A DNA stretch of 63,099 nucleotides, filler included, from Globobulimina sp. (GCA_003354225.1; 37 parts of 37 records of this genome joined end to end with filler, not necessarily neighbours in it); one strand, 5' to 3'; counted from the whole stretch's first letter, positions 11,863 through 23,666 are shown. Notes: generated from the sequence alone by a model not told the origin. Numbers and translations: made by a program.

Positions 11863-12138
11863 TNNNNNNNNNNNNNNNNNNNNNNNNNNNNNNNNNNNNN
11901 NNNNNNNTTAATTAATTAANNNNNNNNNNNNNNNNNNNNNNNNNNNNNNNNNNNNNNNNNNNNTATATCTTTAACTCGATCAAATTCAAAAAAAAAAATA
12001 TGCATTAATTACATAAAAAAAACAGAGACTTGCATTGCATTATGCAAACATTCTGTATATAGGAAAATAATAATAATAAATAAATAATATAAAATATAAA
12101 TCAGTTGAGTCACATTTGACATGTACATATTCGACATA

Positions 12139-13572
12139 TTATTTTCTTAATTGACATATATCCGGTACATAGACAGTACCATCCACAGAATAATATTTAT
12201 TTTCACCTTCAACTTTCCACGTTGACGGTAACATATCATATGCATTTAATTCATTTCTTTCAAAACATAGCACAAATTCTCTCGATTCATCAAAATTTAA
12301 TTCATTCCCTGAGTTATACGACAATCCAAATGCTAATCCATGCGAATTCACATCATAAACCACATCAAAATGGTCCGGTTCACTCCAATAAAACGCATGA
12401 TTTATTTCCGGGATCGATACATCACCGCATTTGTATGGCATATTGATGCCAAATGATAACATTTTTGCTGCAGAACCAAAACATTTTGAATGTACTGAAC
12501 TACATTCAATCTCATATACAAAACATGATGACAATAAATCCGGTTCTTCATAGTCATATCCATCCACTGCTTCATTAATATCCTCTGCATCTTCATAGAA
12601 TTCCTCCTCTTTTGCACTGAATTTGTGTGTATAGCCCATTCTCCTTCGTTTACTTTTTGTGTTTCTAGTCTTGTACCACCAGCCTTTTTTTTTTCGATGC
12701 GAATCTGGCGACTGTTTCCTACGCGAAATATACGAATGTTTATATTTCAAATTCCAATTTGTTTCATCCATTTTACATTCAAATGATTTGTCTGATGATT
12801 TGCTCCAAACATCGCCTACATTCTTACTGTTTTTATTCTTATCATTGCCTGTTTTGCTCCATCCATAACCATCACTGCTGCCACTGTCCTCGTCATGAAT
12901 TAGTTTACAAATGTCAGCAATATGCGTGTTACCATCAGTTGAATAGTAATTGTTGTCACCTTCAATAAAATATGTTGTGTCAACCATGCCAAACGCGGTT
13001 ACTATACTTCTCTCAAAACATAAAGTAAACTCATGCACGGAAGGTACTGTTGGTGGACCATCACCAGAATCTGCATCATATTTTTTACCAAAGCCTATTT
13101 TTTGAGTGATATCATCGTAGACAATGTCGAAATTATTTGGTGAATTATAGTAAAATATATCTTCGATTTGTTGCAGTGGAATATCGCCATCACATTCTGG
13201 TGGCAGGTTTATCATAAAAAATGTAATTGAGCTGGCATCGCCGTAACAATTATTATTGTCAGCTGTTATGATTAAGTCATATACTAAACAGGTTGCTAAC
13301 TTATTAGTATTGTCATGATTATTATTGCTATCTGTACTTGCTTTGCGTTCTGATTCGTTGCTATTTTTGTTATTTGAATCATTATTTTTATCCTTTGAGC
13401 CATTACTTTTATTATTTGAATCATTTTGTTTACCGTTTGAATTATTATTCGAATCATTATTTTTATCATTTGAATTATTTTCAGCATTACTTTTATTATT
13501 TGAATCATCTGAATTATCATTACTTTGATTGTTTGAATCATTATTTTTTTCATTTGAGTCATCGTCATCAGA
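12139..13572 (-). CDS. Protein with an Asn/Asp/Ser low-complexity tract and two copies of a Cys-containing domain of about 130 aa, 5' partial
   Basis: Frame open from 13572; repeated CxVY...CxG...C...FDxVYD...EFxLCFER...YYSxDG...DIC. Confidence 0.75.
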   Translation of the reverse strand, partial: SDDDDSNEKNNDSNNQSNDNSDDSNNKSNAENNSNDKNNDSNNNSNGKQNDSNNKSNGSKDKNNDSNNKNSNESERKASTDSNNNHDNTNKLATCLVYDLIITADNNNCYGDASSITFFMINLPPECDGDIPLQQIEDIFYYNSPNNFDIVYDDITQKIGFGKKYDADSGDGPPTVPSVHEFTLCFERSIVTAFGMVDTTYFIEGDNNYYSTDGNTHIADICKLIHDEDSGSSDGYGWSKTGNDKNKNSKNVGDVWSKSSDKSFECKMDETNWNLKYKHSYISRRKQSPDSHRKKKGWWYKTRNTKSKRRRMGYTHKFSAKEEEFYEDAEDINEAVDGYDYEEPDLLSSCFVYEIECSSVHSKCFGSAAKMLSFGINMPYKCGDVSIPEINHAFYWSEPDHFDVVYDVNSHGLAFGLSYNSGNELNFDESREFVLCFERNELNAYDMLPSTWKVEGENKYYSVDGTVYVPDICQLRK

Positions 13573-13710
13573 NNNNNNNNNNNNNNNNNNNNNNNNNNNN
13601 NNNNNNNNNNNNNNNNTTAATTAATTAANNNNNNNNNNNNNNNNNNNNNNNNNNNNNNNNNNNNNNNNNNNNTATAAATCAATGTTATTCTCATTTATTG
13701 AGCATACACA

Positions 13711-14982
13711 GTGAAAATCAATACAATGGAATACTACAATACTTACAAAACAATGGTGTATCACAAAGTGTATATATTGGGCTCAATGATTGTGAATATA
13801 TATCACAAAGTGTATATATTGGAGCTACCACATAAATACACATACTGTATCTCTACAATTACAATTGGCTCATCTTGTGAACTACCAAATGATATCAAGT
13901 TCAATGTCTTGGATCATTTAGGTGAGGGCACAAGTGGCACTGTCTGGAAAGTTGCAGTATTCGCAACTAATGATCCCATTCCCGGGCCCATTGGCAAAGA
14001 TTATTATGCTATGAAGTTTAGTAACAAATGGCGTCGATGTGGAGCTAATCAAATAGAATGGCGAACATTATTTTTACTATACGAAAATGATATAAATATG
14101 CCATATGTTCACCCCACAATTCCATTTTATTGGTTTAACACTTCCTGTTTAACATTCATTCGTTTAATAGACAATTCGTGGATGCTGTGGGATCTCTACA
14201 GTATATATATTGCACCCAGCAAATTCTTCGATAAATATCCAAATATCACAAAAGATACTTTGATTGACTCATTTATTAAAGTTGACGGCGGCTTGCTAGA
14301 TTTCTTCATGAAATGCCATCGGGAGATACTGAAAGTTATTGAAAAGTTATATGATGCATTGGGTTTGATATATAATGACTTACATCATGGCAATATATTG
14401 ATTGACAAAGTAACTCACCATTGTTATTTGATTGATTTTGGTTCATTATTTGTAAGGCAAATGACAATGGGACAGTCACGAGGTCAGAATGTATTTCATC
14501 ATGCACAGAAATATAAATGTGAGAGGTCTTCATGTTCACCATTTGTTTATTATCATTTGAAATCACATAAAACCAGAAATTCATTCCGATTGAAGCATGG
14601 CAATATGACTGATATTGAAGCTGCTGATGTCTTGATGGAGCATGCAATGAATGGTCTACGATACAATTTATTTAGTAAACTGTTGCATGTATTTGTTAAT
14701 TTTTATGCTCAAAAAAGGTACCCTAAATTGTATAAAATGAATAGTGAATTATCGGTACATTGTACAGATCCAAGTAAACTGAATTTGGAAGCAGCGTTGT
14801 GTAGAAGGTTTCAAATCATTGAGCTCTTGAAAACGCAAACTGACGATATGCATAACTCTACAAATGATCTGACGTTGAAATTGGAATTTTGGAAATTTTT
14901 AAATATGTATGAAAATGATAAATTATTCGTTGAATGTAAACATGCGAATCAGAATTCTGGAATGAAACTTCAATGTGGCTAA
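13711..14982 (+). CDS. Divergent protein kinase-like protein; start uncertain
   Basis: LGEGTSGTVWKV, YAMKF, YNDLHHGNILI, LIDFGS. Confidence 0.85.
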   Translation: MKINTMEYYNTYKTMVYHKVYILGSMIVNIYHKVYILELPHKYTYCISTITIGSSCELPNDIKFNVLDHLGEGTSGTVWKVAVFATNDPIPGPIGKDYYAMKFSNKWRRCGANQIEWRTLFLLYENDINMPYVHPTIPFYWFNTSCLTFIRLIDNSWMLWDLYSIYIAPSKFFDKYPNITKDTLIDSFIKVDGGLLDFFMKCHREILKVIEKLYDALGLIYNDLHHGNILIDKVTHHCYLIDFGSLFVRQMTMGQSRGQNVFHHAQKYKCERSSCSPFVYYHLKSHKTRNSFRLKHGNMTDIEAADVLMEHAMNGLRYNLFSKLLHVFVNFYAQKRYPKLYKMNSELSVHCTDPSKLNLEAALCRRFQIIELLKTQTDDMHNSTNDLTLKLEFWKFLNMYENDKLFVECKHANQNSGMKLQCG

Positions 14983-15607
14983 AACAGAGCAATTCTATAT
15001 TAGATAGGTTGTATATCGGACTTTGAATACATAAGCAATAGTCTGACACCTGCATGAATCGCATAAATTCAGTTGCTTTAGATCATGAATCACATAAAGC
15101 ATTTCCCGGACTTATTATTAATTAAAAGTGTTTTCGGACTTATTATTATAATTTTTGTTTACGTTTTACCTTCTCAAACAAATCAAGGTCTCCTGTCTGT
15201 TGTAGCAATCCCATTAAACTTTTTCTCACAAGTTCATAATCCGGATTCAACAGATATGCAATTTTTAAGAATCGCTGTACANNNNNNNNNNNNNNNNNNN
15301 NNNNNNNNNNNNNNNNNNNNNNNNNTTAATTAATTAANNNNNNNNNNNNNNNNNNNNNNNNNNNNNNNNNNNNNNNNNNNNTGGTTTAACGAAATAAATA
15401 ACAAGTCGATTGTGGATCGCTTAAATGACGTGAAATGTATCCTAATTAATTTATGTTACGTTTCAAGGGTCTAAATTTTTGAATATGCCATCATTGCTAT
15501 TTTTGCAAAGCGATAACATGTTCAATTACATGATAAAGGTGCAACGTGATGTCAAAATTATCATCAATTCAAAGGTTCCGCTCACTTAAGAAAAACTTTT
15601 TGGTTAA

Positions 15608-16015
15608 CTAATTAGAATGATACAATGTTAATTCAAGATAGTTGTGCAAGGAAGAAGGATCAGAGTCTATTTCAATCTCCAAAACAGAAATCCATTTGTA
15701 AAAAGAAGCAAAATCAAAACGGAAGAGTGCATCAGATATTAAATTTGTGTGCGATGGGATCCATTTAAACCATATTTGTATTCGATATTTAATCAAAAAT
15801 TAATGAACTAATTTCATAAATATATGGCATAATACAGTGATACGTACAAGATCAATCTGTTTATTGGTCAGAAAATCACGGAAATTATAAATTAGCATTA
15901 TTACTGAATGTGCTTCTTTTAAATTAATATGTATGGTTAATCACGTTCGCAGTTTATCATCAAATTTATATGCTGCCCAGTATTTATCAATGAAAAACCC
16001 AGCACCTCCAATAGC
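15608..16015 (-). pseudogene. Degenerate RNase H of a DIRS-type (tyrosine recombinase) retrotransposon
   Basis: GGAGFFIDKYW...*..HINLKEAHSV and WIPSHTNLISDALFR; in-frame stop and a frame break. Confidence 0.65.
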
Positions 16016-16065
16016 TATAATGTTATGGTTGGTATATAAAAGTTTTATTATTAAATCACAATGAG

Positions 16066-16252
16066 ATCGAGTTTTCGACGTATGAGAGATACAAATCGCA
16101 CATCGTCGACTATTGCGAGTCCCATAATCGCAGTTTCGGATTTGTAGAGCGGCTTTTTAGTGGCGCGTGCGCAGGGGCGACTGCGGCCACACTGACCTAT
16201 CCTTTGGACGTAATGCGAGTGAGACAGGCCGTGTACGACGACATCAAAGGCC
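16066..16252 (+). CDS. Isolated exon of a mitochondrial carrier (SLC25) gene
   Basis: IEFSTYERYK...ERLFSGACAGATAATLTYPLDVMRVR with the Px[DE]xx[RK] signature, followed by a GTGAGT donor; not in the ORF track. Confidence 0.8.
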
Positions 16253-16597
16253 GTGAGTAGACAATATCAAATATAAAAGACAAAAGGCAAAAAAACACAC
16301 AAATAAATATACAAAAAAATAGATTATAACACATTATTGATCAGTTCGTGGCATCGGACCACGAAATCAAAGAAGTCCTGCCCGCCATGGTCCATTACTA
16401 AGTAATACTGGTGCGAATCTTCGAAAAAGTCTCTCTTGTTATAGTAACAACGTATACAATAGGGCATATAGGAGTTATGACAAATTTTAGAATTCAGCGA
16501 GCAAAATTTCGATTTTTCAATATTTGAGTTTTAGAAGAAAGAGCAAGTGCTATTTTCGAGGTTACTCATTTTAAAATTTGAAAAATATATATAAATT

Positions 16598-16894
16598 TTA
16601 GATTTCAAGTTTTGCTGACTCATCAAAATCCACTTTTTTTTTCAAGTTTTGCTGACTGATTTCAAGTTTTGCAAGATGCGACAATCCACTATTTTGGACC
16701 AATAATTTGTAAGGGTCGCTGTGAGACGGGAAGTAATGGCCATTGGAACCTCGATTCAGTGTTTGAATGTCGAGATGGCGCATATATAATGCACAGATAT
16801 CAATGCCTTCCGTATTGGACAACCATTTACGAATTGGATTAGGATTAGCAGCATAGAAATCCCTGACCAAATCGTATTGCGGGTGCTGGATCAT
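16598..16894 (-). CDS. Hypothetical protein
   Basis: 98-aa ATG ORF; no motif recognised. Confidence 0.25.
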   Translation of the reverse strand: MIQHPQYDLVRDFYAANPNPIRKWLSNTEGIDICALYMRHLDIQTLNRGSNGHYFPSHSDPYKLLVQNSGLSHLAKLEISQQNLKKKVDFDESAKLEI

Positions 16895-17198
16895 GACAGT
16901 GTCAATCTATTGGTTATAATTGTTGTGTGTGTGAAACAATGAATAGTTAAGTTTTTTTATGCAGCTGTCAATAAAATTGTGGTTTAACGANNNNNNNNNN
17001 NNNNNNNNNNNNNNNNNNNNNNNNNNNNNNNNNNTTAATTAATTAANNNNNNNNNNNNNNNNNNNNNNNNNNNNNNNNNNNNNNNNNNNNGGCAAAAAAG
17101 AAATCCACTTTTGTACCATAGTACCACTATTGTAACATAAATTTGATTTCAATATACATTGTGTTACATGTCGCAATATTGTTCATATCATATATGTC

Positions 17199-18300
17199 CT
17201 AATTCTGTCCCACAGTCCCAGCTCCTTTGGATGTTATTCCATTCGAAGTATGATACAAATCATACAATTCATCATCACTGGAATTCGAATCCTCCTCACC
17301 TGTAATATATTTATTTTTATTCACGCCGGAAAAATCCGAAATTGATGGTATAGATTGCGTCCTATTACTCCTATACATTACACCGGGTTGCAATCCATTT
17401 TCATGTTTGTTATTCGCAATATTAACTTGTATCTGTCCATCAGTAAATGTATGTTTATTGGTCATGACTGTATTCATTTCAATGTTGGAAGTCACCACCG
17501 GGGTAATTCGCGGTGTCATCGATCGAGGTTGAGTTTCCTTATCTTTCTCGATCGCGTTCGTTTTATATTTTATGATTACCACTAACAACATAATTACAAC
17601 CGCAGTGATCAGTAATATTACAAATACACCAACAACACTGAATATTATCAATGCTTTTGCTTTGTCATTACCGTTTTTATTATTTTCTCCATCTTTGAGT
17701 GTTTATAAATTAACAGTAGATACAGAAGGGTGTGCATAGGAAAACATATACCGTCATTAAAATCTGTTGGCAGCAACGTTTCATTGATGGTACTTACTTC
17801 AGGTACTTGATGCGAGTTTGATGCTGTACATGTAATCAAAATATTGCATATAATTTACTTTACTGTATATCAATGCAATTGACATTTAACTTGGATTATT
17901 AGATGGATTATTAGTTGGATTGTTTGTTGGATTAACGGTTGGATTTATGGTTGGATTATATGTACAATTCTCAAGCGAACTAAATTGAAATGAAAGCGCA
18001 TCAATGACCCATCCAGCATGAGCATGCAAACCGGATAAATAATAGCCATCAAACTTTATGATACCAGAATCAGTGTAACTTCCATAGTTTGACGTGTTCG
18101 AAACACAATCATAAACGTTATCGTTTGCAGTGTAAAAAAATAAACCATACACAAGTGCGCCATATATCACTCTATATCCATTAATATAATCTGCTGCAGC
18201 TAATTGAACTGCATTGCATGACCTAGTGGATGGTGCGCCGCCTGGTTTCCCTGATCCAATCAAACTGGATGTATAACCCTCATCGCTGCCAAATTGAAAG
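17199..18300 (-). CDS. Type I membrane protein: jacalin-like lectin domain + P/T/N stalk + TM + tail; multi-exon, 5' partial
   Basis: DYINGYRVIYGALVYGLFF...GLHAHAGWVIDALSFQF; NPTINPTVNPT repeats; TM IIFSVVGVFVILLITAVVIMLLVVII. Confidence 0.7.
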
Positions 18301-18308
18301 CTGCTGGG

Positions 18309-18404
18309 CGGGGTGTCACAGATGAACAAAAGCTCAAAGTTCGCATCAACCCGGAGAAGGATTATGTCCTCAAAGCCGGTGAACAAATGATTCTGCTGAA
18401 ATAA
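18309..18404 (+). CDS. Short C-terminal fragment resembling a bacterial TrkA-C/RCK-C domain (chimeric insert)
   Basis: RGVTDEQKLKVRINPEKDYVLKAGEQMILLK*; higher GC than its flanks. Confidence 0.4.
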   Translation, partial: RGVTDEQKLKVRINPEKDYVLKAGEQMILLK

Positions 18405-18443
18405 GAGTCATTCTGAGCACATGCGAAGAATCTCCATATAATG

Positions 18444-18698
18444 CTAACCAAACACTGAATGAATGGCAGTCTTATTCAGGACTGGGTAGCCCATGACGTA
18501 GCCGCTGTACCGGTCATAGAACATGACCGCGTAACAGTGCCCCGACTCGGACATGTCTTTGTCAGCGTGCGAATCCAAGTGGTCGCACGTGACAGACTGA
18601 CCGAAGCGTTTGAGTCCGGCCCAGGGCGGTCGACGTCTCCGCCGCCGATGCACGCGCCTACAACGAAGCACATTGCACACCGTGCAGTATGGATTCGA
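18444..18698 (-). mobile_element. LTR-retrotransposon integrase fragment (Zn finger + start of the rve core)
   Basis: NPYCTVC...FGQSVTCDH...GHCYAVMFYDRYSGYVMGYPVLNKT; GC-rich. Confidence 0.65.
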
Positions 18699-18798
18699 NN
18701 NNNNNNNNNNNNNNNNNNNNNNNNNNNNNNNNNNNNNNNNNNTTAATTAATTAANNNNNNNNNNNNNNNNNNNNNNNNNNNNNNNNNNNNNNNNNNNN

Positions 18799-20406
18799 TG
18801 TTGGTGACAATATGACTGAGTGGTCAGTGCTATTGACACTGCTGCAGGACATGGGAGGCATGTTATTGTCAGAAAGGTCATCTAAAAGGAGTTGTGTGGC
18901 CGTAGTGTCGCATGTGGAGGAGTCGGGAGAGCGGGCGTTGCAAGGATGTGATGGATGTACTTCTGGATAATATGCTGGATTGCTTTCATTCAACAGGTGG
19001 CATTTGAAGCAGATGTTGTGTTGGCATTCTAGGCAAAGATAAATCAGTGGGTTGTTGGGTACATTGTTGCCTTGATTGTTGGGTAAGTGGTACGGAATGG
19101 ATCGACGGCAGTTTGCACATTGATAGCCATTGCGATAACTATATAGGATATGATCTAAGTTGTGGTTGAGATTATTGCTCACGAACTCTTGCAATAAATC
19201 TGAGTAAAGAAATTGAACTAATTTGTGCCCGTCGGGGCAATATTTGAGCGGATCTTTGTTGAACTTCTCTCGAATATACTTTGGAAAATATAGGCTTTCG
19301 TGGGATAGTTTGCAGGCTTCGCTAATGATTGGATTGACAGTTGACAAGATGGATGGGCGATATTTGAGATCCAGAGCTGTTTCCATGTTATTGTTACCTA
19401 ATTCTTTGTTCATTCTCTTAATGCAATCTTTGGTGAATGTACCAAAGTTGTTCCAATCCGTTGTACCATTCATGCCAAAATAAATAGTGTTACATGACGA
19501 TTGGTAGAATGACTCCCGATGTTTCAGAGCGGCTTCAATGTGGGGACCGGAGGGTCCTTTGACAAGTTCAATGCCAAACAGCTCCATCAATGAGAAAGGG
19601 TTTCTATGGACCATATGTTGATAACAGTTTGTGCCGTCTAAGCCGACAAAATGCATAATGTCCCCGGTCCATGTGTTGAAATTGAATCTGATCACTTTTT
19701 GAATTAAATAATCAATTTTCTGATACTTTGTCATTGTGTTGAATAAATTTCGAGTGGCGAGCGGTGCCTCAGAGTCCTCCAAGAAATCGACACGGGATTC
19801 ATTGGTGGTGAGGTCTTGATTTTCATCATGCTTTTCTTCATTGTTAAGCTGTTTGATGCCTGTTTTGATGCGGAGCATAATATCCGCTCTCTCTGCCCAG
19901 CCCAGGATAATGCGGTTATTACTGAGATCATAGAAACCCATCGTAATGAGTAAGTTGTACAGGTTCCTAATACCACAGAGGTGCTCATTTAAGCGATTTC
20001 GGAGGACGCGGTTGTTGTTGATGCCCTCACCACATTTACCTATATATGTACGTGGACAGTTAAGGCAGCTGATGTTATAGATAGTGTTTTTGGTGAAACA
20101 CGTGATGCGTTGATTGATGGCGAATTTGATGTTGGTGAGTCTGCAGGTGAACGCTCGTTTGCTTTTATATGCAGAAATGTGATTACATTTGCACTTTCTG
20201 CCTCTGTTTGGAAGCAGGATATCTAAATCAATTAATTGTCGACAAACCATAAATCCTTTCCATAAATGAATGTTCTGCAGCTTAAATTGCCTACGTTGAT
20301 AGATGAGGAGTGACGGATTCTTGCGGGAGATATATGAATCTGGTAACGATCTGATGACGTTTTGCAGTTTGATATCATCGTCACCTGGTTGACCATCATG
20401 CACATC
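18799..20406 (-). mobile_element. Penelope-like retroelement C-terminal region: Cys linker, GIY-YIG endonuclease and an extra Zn finger
   Basis: ITCFTKNTIYNISCLNCPRTYIGK...LRNRLNEH...LKHRESFYQ...NTIYFGMN; linker WKGFMVC...GRKCKC resembles the end of ORF 60202-61392. Confidence 0.85.
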
Positions 20407-20526
20407 NNNNNNNNNNNNNNNNNNNNNNNNNNNNNNNNNNNNNNNNNNNNTTAATTAATTAANNNNNNNNNNNNNNNNNNNNNNNNNNNNNNNNNNNNNN
20501 NNNNNNGTTATATATATTATGTCAAT

Positions 20527-21300
20527 TCAAGCATTATATAAATTATCCTCTGAGTGCAACAAATTGAGACTTAATTCAAACATTTTATTGTTTTCAAGCC
20601 ATAATTTGCACAAAGCGTGGATACCATGACATATTTTATTGTACCATTTCTCAGAATTTGGTAAATATAACAGAATACAAACACAATTAATAAAAACTTC
20701 AATTGGCCACACATAATTTTCACAGATTGTTGCTATTTCCAAGAAATGTTCATCTGCGTGGACACTGGTATAAATATCCTTGATGGCCCAATAAAAAACA
20801 TACCAAACAAATGCTTAATATCAAATCAATGATTTCCAATATGACATTAGAGATTGCCAAAGCTGTAATAAATGTTTCTTCATCAAATAAATCATCATTT
20901 GCAAATATAATTATTGCATATTTAGCAAAACAGATCAAAATAAATAATAATAATCCAATATAAAATTGGTATTTTGTATTCTTAAATGCAGTTTCATGCG
21001 GAAAATAAATAACAAATAAAGACATGTTTGAGCCAATGTCCATAGCAATCCAGCAATAATTGAGAGTACATCATATGTAAAATCAATCTGAATCCATTCA
21101 AAATATATTCTTGTTCCATTTAAAATTGCTGCACAAAAGAATGAAAGAATCGCAACTAATGTCAAAATATGAAATTTATTTTGCCATTTCTTTGGTTTTG
21201 TTGAACTCGATATAAAATATATTGCCATTATAACTGTTACAAAGGAAAATATTGTTATTATTGCGTTCCATATAAGCAATGACAACAACAAAGCATCCAT
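20527..21300 (-). pseudogene. Frameshifted multi-TM (7TM/GPCR-like) gene
   Basis: Three hydrophobic ORFs in different frames (two overlapping, one adjacent) that read as one multi-TM protein ending INCVCILLYL...WYNKICHGIHALC. Confidence 0.55.
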
Positions 21301-21353
21301 TTTTGTATGTCTCAGAGTGGTAAGAAGTTTTTATATTCTGTGCTGTAAAAAAA

Positions 21354-22069
21354 TCAATATAGCCATAATGCACAAACAACAAACAAAAGAGCATAATGAT
21401 GAGGACGTGTAGATTTTGCATATAAACGAGCAAAAGGTTGCAATATATTGAAAGGATGATTTGTTTTTGATGTGTTTTTAAGCATAAATAAATATAGAAC
21501 TAATTCTGATAGTAATGATATTATAAAATAATATGTAGAAATTACAAACTGTTTTGAATCAAATTCCGTTCCTAAAAATGCAGAATTTCCAGTTTTATAA
21601 TAAATAGCAACGGTACAATATGATGTTAATGCACTAAATACCATAACAATACCTCTTATAATACAATCAATACAGATTCTATTTCTCCAATCATAATATG
21701 TGTCAAATGTAATATTTGAAGTATGATCAAACAGCGATCTTTTTTTTTGTAACGATTCCATTTCAACATTATTTTCTCGATTATAAAAACCAAATATATC
21801 ATCCAAAGCAGTTATATGCAGTATATCTGGATCAATATAATAATCACTTACTTGTTTATTTAAATAAACATCATTCCCTTATCACTTGCAATTGATTTAT
21901 AATCACTTGATTTATAATTTGTTAACGTATTTACAATATTTGTAGTGTATTTATAATATTTTGGCATAATTCTGATACAATATAGCATAAAAATGCTGAA
22001 TAAATGTATTATTTTAAATATTAGATATTGTGTCCATGCGGGATGGGCAAATATGAATGAATACGGCAA
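21354..22069 (-). CDS. Multi-pass membrane protein, interrupted, 5' partial
   Basis: Hydrophobic ORFs 21860-22069 and 21354-21806. Confidence 0.45.
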
Positions 22070-22468
22070 GGCGCATCCACAAACACAGACGCATTAAAAA
22101 AACGAAGCAGCCCGNNNNNNNNNNNNNNNNNNNNNNNNNNNNNNNNNNNNNNNNNNNNTTAATTAATTAANNNNNNNNNNNNNNNNNNNNNNNNNNNNNN
22201 NNNNNNNNNNNNNNCTGAACTTTGCGATCCTGTAACGTTTTTGTCCAATAATTCATCTGTGTTCTGAAGCAATAGTTCGAAAAGTCCTGGATGCGAAAAG
22301 TAAGTGTCGAGTACTGTCGACATGTAGTGAGACAGCTGGATTGTACATATGGCGCAGATGAAATCAACAAAGTTATAAATCCTAAAGTCAAGTTAGTCAA
22401 CAAAAACATAATAAAACATGAGGAATCGATGCATTCTTGTGAACATTCAGATATTTAAGCTGGATTTA

Positions 22469-23666
22469 TTATTGGTCCGTACAAGGCGCAAAATGATCAA
22501 TATCTCCTCTCCGCATATACCGAATGCACGTTTCATACACTGGCTGATTTGTATTATCATCATAACGACCACCATTAATAATATCAGGCACTTGTTCCTT
22601 TGGTACAGTTTTAAACATTTCCTCAGTCGACATAATAAACATCCTTTCCTGCATTTTTTTGCTTAAAAACGGTTTGCAAATTTTCAACAACACATTTAAT
22701 AAAAACGGTGGATCCAACATATACATTGCACCAACACGTAATGGGTATGCATCTTGCATCAATTTTGTAAATATTTTCTCCATATCGAGGTTGAAATTAA
22801 TCCATCCCATATCCGCACAGTCTGCGATAAATATCATGCCATCCCGTGAATATTGCAAATTTTCCGTAAAATAATTCAAAATTAATAGAAAACACTTCAT
22901 TATAACCGCTGTACTCTCATAGTTTGCTGGTAGCCACAAACTGTATTTCATGGCAAATATAGCTTTGCCATTTTGGTCAACTCCGCCAAACCGCATACAC
23001 CGAGACACTAAATATCAGCAAGCAAAGCATGCATAATTTACAAACAGATTATGGTAGAATTTATACATAACTCTCTCTGAAACATTTTATCATTTGCTGC
23101 TCAGTGATTGATTGCAATTTATGTGTCTTATAAATAGCCATTGTATCCAACCATTTTTTTGATGCTTTTGGAACGCGGCATTTTGAGCCAATATAAAATC
23201 GGGCCATTTCAAAGGGCGGTAAATCTGTAAATTTATGTTTCGATTTTAATGCTGTTTCTAAGCTCATTGCACCATTCTTTTCTTCCTCACTTTCAAATTT
23301 TATTTCATCCCATGATAATTTGCTTGTGTTCACACCGCTGTCTTCTGCAAATAATATTTTATCCATTGCCTCAAAATCTATATTGTCAAAATTCTCTTTT
23401 TTTTCCTCTTGTTTTATCTCTTCATTCTCACGCTGTGCTTGTGCTTGTTGGTTATCATTTGATTTAACTTCTGTTTGTTCACTTTCGTCTGTTATGTCTG
23501 AGGGGTCCGATTTGGATTCTGTTTTTGATGGAAACTGTGTGTTTGCATCGGGTTCAGGTTTGGGTTCTTCTGGGTTTGGCTCTGCCTCATTTGTTACAGT
23601 AACTTCATTTACTGGTTCAGTTACCGGCTCAGCAACTGGTTTATTCTCTGTTTCCGCGGTTGCCAT
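22469..23666 (-). CDS. CRAL-TRIO (Sec14-like) lipid-binding protein with an acidic N-terminus
   Basis: GMIFIADCADMGW, QDAYPLRV, KPFLSKKMQER, PDIINGG; intron 23008-23071; ATG at 23666. Confidence 0.9.

Noticed and set aside
13296-13628. Overlapping Ile/Met/Gln-, Leu/Phe- and Tyr-rich ORFs
   Set aside because: Alternative-frame and antisense readings of the Asn/Asp/Ser repeat tract
15938-15945. In-frame TGA in the DIRS RNase H as evidence of UGA reassignment
   Set aside because: The element has other lesions, and TGA terminates intact genes elsewhere in the window
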